Source: Candidatus Saccharimonadota bacterium (GTDB lineage: Bacteria > Patescibacteriota > Saccharimonadia > Saccharimonadales > JACDBH01). Taken from it: DNA of 64,000 bases. Below, in pieces: positions 60,320 to 64,000 of this stretch. The stretch covers positions 98,385 to 162,384 of the forward strand of contig JAQGGW010000008.1 of the NCBI GenBank assembly GCA_028289135.1, written 5' to 3'. Every line of letters begins with the position of its first letter. Within the stretch, counting starts at the first letter, position 1. Under the pieces are notes generated by a model. That model made no database searches. It saw nothing but the letters and a program-made list of their open reading frames with translations, and was not told where the DNA came from. The position numbers were made by a program, and so were the translations under genes.

Positions 60320-60411
60320 CCGTCTATTGTACCCGCTACTCAAAGAAACCGCTTGCATAAGCATTAACAAAAGTGCAGAATGAGCTTAATTAACTAAAAC
60401 GCAACAAAAAT

Positions 60412-61311
60412 ATGGTCATAATCTCGCCTGATACCAGGCATATGCCTGCTCCCGAACTCGAACTTGCTGGTCGAGTGGGGGAGAGAGGGCCCGAGGTAAA
60501 TTGCAGCGTTGTATTGGCAGACAGAGCGGACCCTACTGAAGCACAGACATTAGAACTTGTTGCTGGTTATGGTGGCCGTGCTCAACATTACTATCCGTTA
60601 CAAACTCATCTGGCAAGGCTTGGGGTAAATTCAATTTGTGTAGACCCTGTATATGCTCCGACCCGCGAACAAAACCGCCAACAGGCAAAGGCTTCAGAAG
60701 TTGGGCATGATTATATAAGAAAAGAGTATGGTATTGCCCCCGAGAACTTTTATGGTCACTCCTGGGGTGGGCAAAAACTGGCTTCCTGGCTTCGGCATGG
60801 TATCCCAGGTGCTAAACTAGCTATTTTTCACGCTACTTCTGGCATTGAAGATCCTATCAAAAATATGGTTACACACCCTTGGGATGCTATACGCCAAGGA
60901 TTCCATGAAATGAAAGGTGTTTTTAGGCCTGTAGCTGAACAAACCGATGAAGAAGGGCTGGAGCATGATTTATTATTCCCGTCACTAAAACCGGGCGAGT
61001 TTTTTGCTTTTTTACAGCAAGGATTTACGGCTGCTCACCATAGAAAATTGGTCGAACATCTCGGCAAGGTTAAGGCCAGACAAGAAGGTGTAACTACTGT
61101 GGGCCTATGGCCTGAACACGATCTGTTATTCAGGCTAAAAGAGCATAAAATTTTTGATTATAATCAGTCTTTGCCAAAGTCTGTTCATACAGAGCCGCAA
61201 GCCAATGCAAAGAGGATGGCAAAAGAACTTGCAGAAGTCATTGAGCTACGTCCTAAACTCGAGGAAGCCAAAGCCGTTGGGGCTGCCTTGCCCGAAAAAT
61301 TTGCAGCCTGA
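60412..61311 (+). CDS. Alpha/beta hydrolase fold protein
   Basis: GHSWGG nucleophile elbow, downstream D (HDLLF) and H (SVH). Confidence 0.7.
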   Translation: MVIISPDTRHMPAPELELAGRVGERGPEVNCSVVLADRADPTEAQTLELVAGYGGRAQHYYPLQTHLARLGVNSICVDPVYAPTREQNRQQAKASEVGHDYIRKEYGIAPENFYGHSWGGQKLASWLRHGIPGAKLAIFHATSGIEDPIKNMVTHPWDAIRQGFHEMKGVFRPVAEQTDEEGLEHDLLFPSLKPGEFFAFLQQGFTAAHHRKLVEHLGKVKARQEGVTTVGLWPEHDLLFRLKEHKIFDYNQSLPKSVHTEPQANAKRMAKELAEVIELRPKLEEAKAVGAALPEKFAA

Positions 61312-61323
61312 TACAATATACGC

Positions 61324-62202
61324 ATGCCAGAGTTACCAGAGGTCGAAACAGTAAAACGCGGTTTGCGCCGCTTAATCGTGGGCAAAACTATTCAAGCTGA
61401 AACGCACAATAACGCAAAAAGTTTCCCCAATCCGCCTGGCGATGTGAAGGCGTTTTTGGTAGGCGCTAAAGTAAAAGATGTTCGGCGCCGGGCCAAGGTG
61501 CTATTAATTGATCTGAGCACCGGCTACACTTTAGTAATACATCTAAAAATGACTGGCCAAATGGTTTACCGCGGCAAAGAAGTTTTTGGGGCAGGGCATC
61601 CCAACGACAGCCTTATTGGCAAGCTCCCGGACAAATCAACACGCGTAGGTCTAACTTTTACAGACAATTCCCATCTGTTTTTTAATGACCAGCGCAAATT
61701 TGGCTGGATGCGTTTAATGCCCACGACTGAAGTACCCAACACTGAATTTATGAAAAAAGTCGGCCCGGAGCCGTTAGAAGACGCATTTACGCCTAAAATC
61801 TTTATCCAAAGAATCCGCAGGCGCGCCAACACCACGATAAAAGCTGCAATATTGGACCAAACAGTCTTGGCAGGAATCGGTAACATCTATGCCGACGAAA
61901 GCCTTTGGGGAGCCAAAATCCACCCGGCAGAACGAGTTAAAGATGTGCCGGACAGCAAGCTAAAAACCCTCCACAAGGAGATACGTTTTGTTTTAAACCT
62001 GTCGATTGAAAAAGGCGGCTCAACAGATAGAAATTACGTTAATGCCGAAGGCAAAAAGGGCAGTTACATCGACTTTGCCCGTGTTTTTAGGCAGGAAGGC
62101 AAAGACTGTCCGCGCCACCCCGGCGTTACGATCATTAAAACCCGTGTGGCAGGCCGCGGCACCCACACCTGCCCAGTTTGCCAGGTATTAAAGCTCGCTT
62201 AA
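61324..62202 (+). CDS. mutM: Formamidopyrimidine-DNA glycosylase
   Basis: MPELPEVE, HLKMTG, D.RKFG, GIGNIYADE, C-terminal zinc finger. Confidence 0.97.
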   Translation: MPELPEVETVKRGLRRLIVGKTIQAETHNNAKSFPNPPGDVKAFLVGAKVKDVRRRAKVLLIDLSTGYTLVIHLKMTGQMVYRGKEVFGAGHPNDSLIGKLPDKSTRVGLTFTDNSHLFFNDQRKFGWMRLMPTTEVPNTEFMKKVGPEPLEDAFTPKIFIQRIRRRANTTIKAAILDQTVLAGIGNIYADESLWGAKIHPAERVKDVPDSKLKTLHKEIRFVLNLSIEKGGSTDRNYVNAEGKKGSYIDFARVFRQEGKDCPRHPGVTIIKTRVAGRGTHTCPVCQVLKLA

Positions 62203-64000
62203 GTCGCGCAGCAGTTCGTGAACGTGCTGGACATCTTTAATCCTAAATCGGGCTGCAGTTTTACCGCGCCCGACTTTTACAGAATATCCAGTGCGGGGCA
62301 TTGCCCTAAACATATCTTCGTCAGTGTAATCGTCGCCAATAGCCAAAATAAAATCGTGATGCGGCCTTAAGATCCGGCCAATAGTTGTCCCTTTTACCAG
62401 CTCTACAGGTTTTATCTCAAGTATTTTGTGCCCGCTATGCATAACCAGGCCGTATTTTTCCAGGGCTGGGCGCAATGCTTGACGCAAGATAACAATGTTT
62501 TTCTGGGCGTGGTAGGGCGATGCGTTGCGGTAATGCCAAACAAGAGCGTAATCTTTTTCTTCAACAAATGCGCCTGGAGTTTGGGCAGCGTATTTCTCCA
62601 GAGCCAATTTTAGAGGTACTTTCCATAACGTTGATGACTTGATCATTTCTTTCCATTCGCCGTTTCGCAGCTTCATGCTCGCGCCGTGTTCAGCCACCAG
62701 AACTACCGGCATATTCCCAAACCATTTTTGCAGTTCTTTTTGTGACCGTCCGCTAATAATAACAACTTCAGTTTTTGGGTCTTTGCTCAGGCTGCGCAAA
62801 AGTTCCCGTTGGTTTTTGTCGGGGCGGGCAGCGCTGGGGTCATTTACGAAAGTTGCCAATGTACCGTCATAATCAAGCATAATAAGGCGCTTTTTAGAGC
62901 GCGCAAAATGGTGCACAGCTTTATCATAAGTTTTGCCCGCTAGCTGTTTTGCGCCAACCTGAACCGTTGCAGGCTGTTCAAGCGTTTCCATAAATGTCTC
63001 CACCCAGTCATGGATCGTGTGGGTAGAAAGCTGCTTTTGCATGCGGCTAAGCCTTGGTTTAAGCTCGCTTTTTGGCATTGTAAGGGCTTTGGTCAGGCCT
63101 TTTACCAATGTACTTGGACGTTTTGGATTAACTAGCACGGCGTCGAGCAGCTCCTCGGCCGCCCCGGCGGTTTTGCTCAAAACCAGCACGCCGTTGCTGT
63201 TGCTGGCTATGTATTCTTTTGCCACCAGGTTCATGCCGTCTTTAACAGGGGCCACAAATGCTACATCGGCCACCTGGTACATGGCGCTTAACTCATCGAA
63301 AGGTACAGTTTTATGCATGTATTCAATAGGTTTCCAACGCGGCGTACCAAAAGACTCATTAATCTCAACCACCAGCGCTTCAACCTGTGCGCGTAAATCT
63401 TGGTAAGCTTTTATTTCGCCGCGGGTTGGGATGGCAAGCATGAGCATGACGACTTTCTTATGCAGCTGCGGGTTTTTCTTTAAAAGGGTTTTATACGCCG
63501 TAAGCCGCTCCACAAAGCCCTTGGTAATATCAAGCCGGTCGACTGTTACGATAACTTTGTGGTGTTTATGTTTACGCCTTAGTTTGCGGACAGCTTTTCT
63601 GACTTTGCGTGACTTATTGGCTTCGGCAAACTTGGCATAGTCGATGCCAATGGGGAAGTCGGCAACCTTAATAACGCGGTCGTTTAAGATGATCTGGCCC
63701 TCTGTCACTGTGCCAACATCAAGCTCGCTGCAGGTATCCAAAAAGTTTTGGACATAAGATGGCACATGGAACCCGACTACATCAGAGCCGAGCAAACCTT
63801 TTATAAGCTGTGAGCTTTCGGATAATTCCGCAAAGCGGTTGTTATCGGGGAAAGGGATATGCAAGAAAAAGCCAACCGAGAGTTTGGGGCTCTGTTCGCG
63901 CAGCATTTTTGGCACTAGCATTAGCTGGTAGTCGTGCACCCAGACATTACTGTCCGGCTTTACTTGCCCCAGTACCGCAGTTGTAAAAATATTATTTACT
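62188..64000 (-). CDS. Bifunctional trehalose-6-phosphate synthase/phosphatase (5' end outside window)
   Basis: WVHDYQL, FLHIPFP, DRLD.TKG, DGMNLVAKE; HAD DYDGTL, GDD.TDEDMF. Confidence 0.93.
   Translation of the reverse strand, partial: VNNIFTTAVLGQVKPDSNVWVHDYQLMLVPKMLREQSPKLSVGFFLHIPFPDNNRFAELSESSQLIKGLLGSDVVGFHVPSYVQNFLDTCSELDVGTVTEGQIILNDRVIKVADFPIGIDYAKFAEANKSRKVRKAVRKLRRKHKHHKVIVTVDRLDITKGFVERLTAYKTLLKKNPQLHKKVVMLMLAIPTRGEIKAYQDLRAQVEALVVEINESFGTPRWKPIEYMHKTVPFDELSAMYQVADVAFVAPVKDGMNLVAKEYIASNSNGVLVLSKTAGAAEELLDAVLVNPKRPSTLVKGLTKALTMPKSELKPRLSRMQKQLSTHTIHDWVETFMETLEQPATVQVGAKQLAGKTYDKAVHHFARSKKRLIMLDYDGTLATFVNDPSAARPDKNQRELLRSLSKDPKTEVVIISGRSQKELQKWFGNMPVVLVAEHGASMKLRNGEWKEMIKSSTLWKVPLKLALEKYAAQTPGAFVEEKDYALVWHYRNASPYHAQKNIVILRQALRPALEKYGLVMHSGHKILEIKPVELVKGTTIGRILRPHHDFILAIGDDYTDEDMFRAMPRTGYSVKVGRGKTAARFRIKDVQHVHELLRDLSEL

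Overview
This window looks like a chromosomal segment of a small-genome Patescibacteria (CPR) bacterium, most likely Saccharibacteria. That assignment is inferred from the tandem VirB2/TrbC-like pilin array, the compact gene packing, the many apparently leaderless genes and the gene repertoire; the standard genetic code is used. Housekeeping genes are valS, tsaD, murE, groES/groEL with a CIRCE operator, argS, mscL, msrB, orn, dnaG-rpoD, polA, mutM and a partial otsAB fusion. There are five tRNAs: all four Ser isoacceptors and Arg-GCG. No transposase, integrase, CRISPR array or rRNA was seen. The most unusual signals are: (i) two paralogous modular repeat proteins behind murE, each preceded by a copy of the murE 3' end plus promoter, which suggests cassette-like accretion; (ii) a recurring (A/C)GCATAAGC-like motif in the promoters of scattered orphan genes, including a kinase with a tyrosine-kinase-like catalytic loop; (iii) a five-gene pilin array with variable Cys-rich heads; (iv) a head-to-head pair of a lysozyme-like membrane protein and a beta-lactamase-fold hydrolase; (v) structured intergenic elements and tRNA-end relics; (vi) microproteins missed by the ORF track inside and after groESL. 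All calls are by eye from sequence motifs; no database searches were run.
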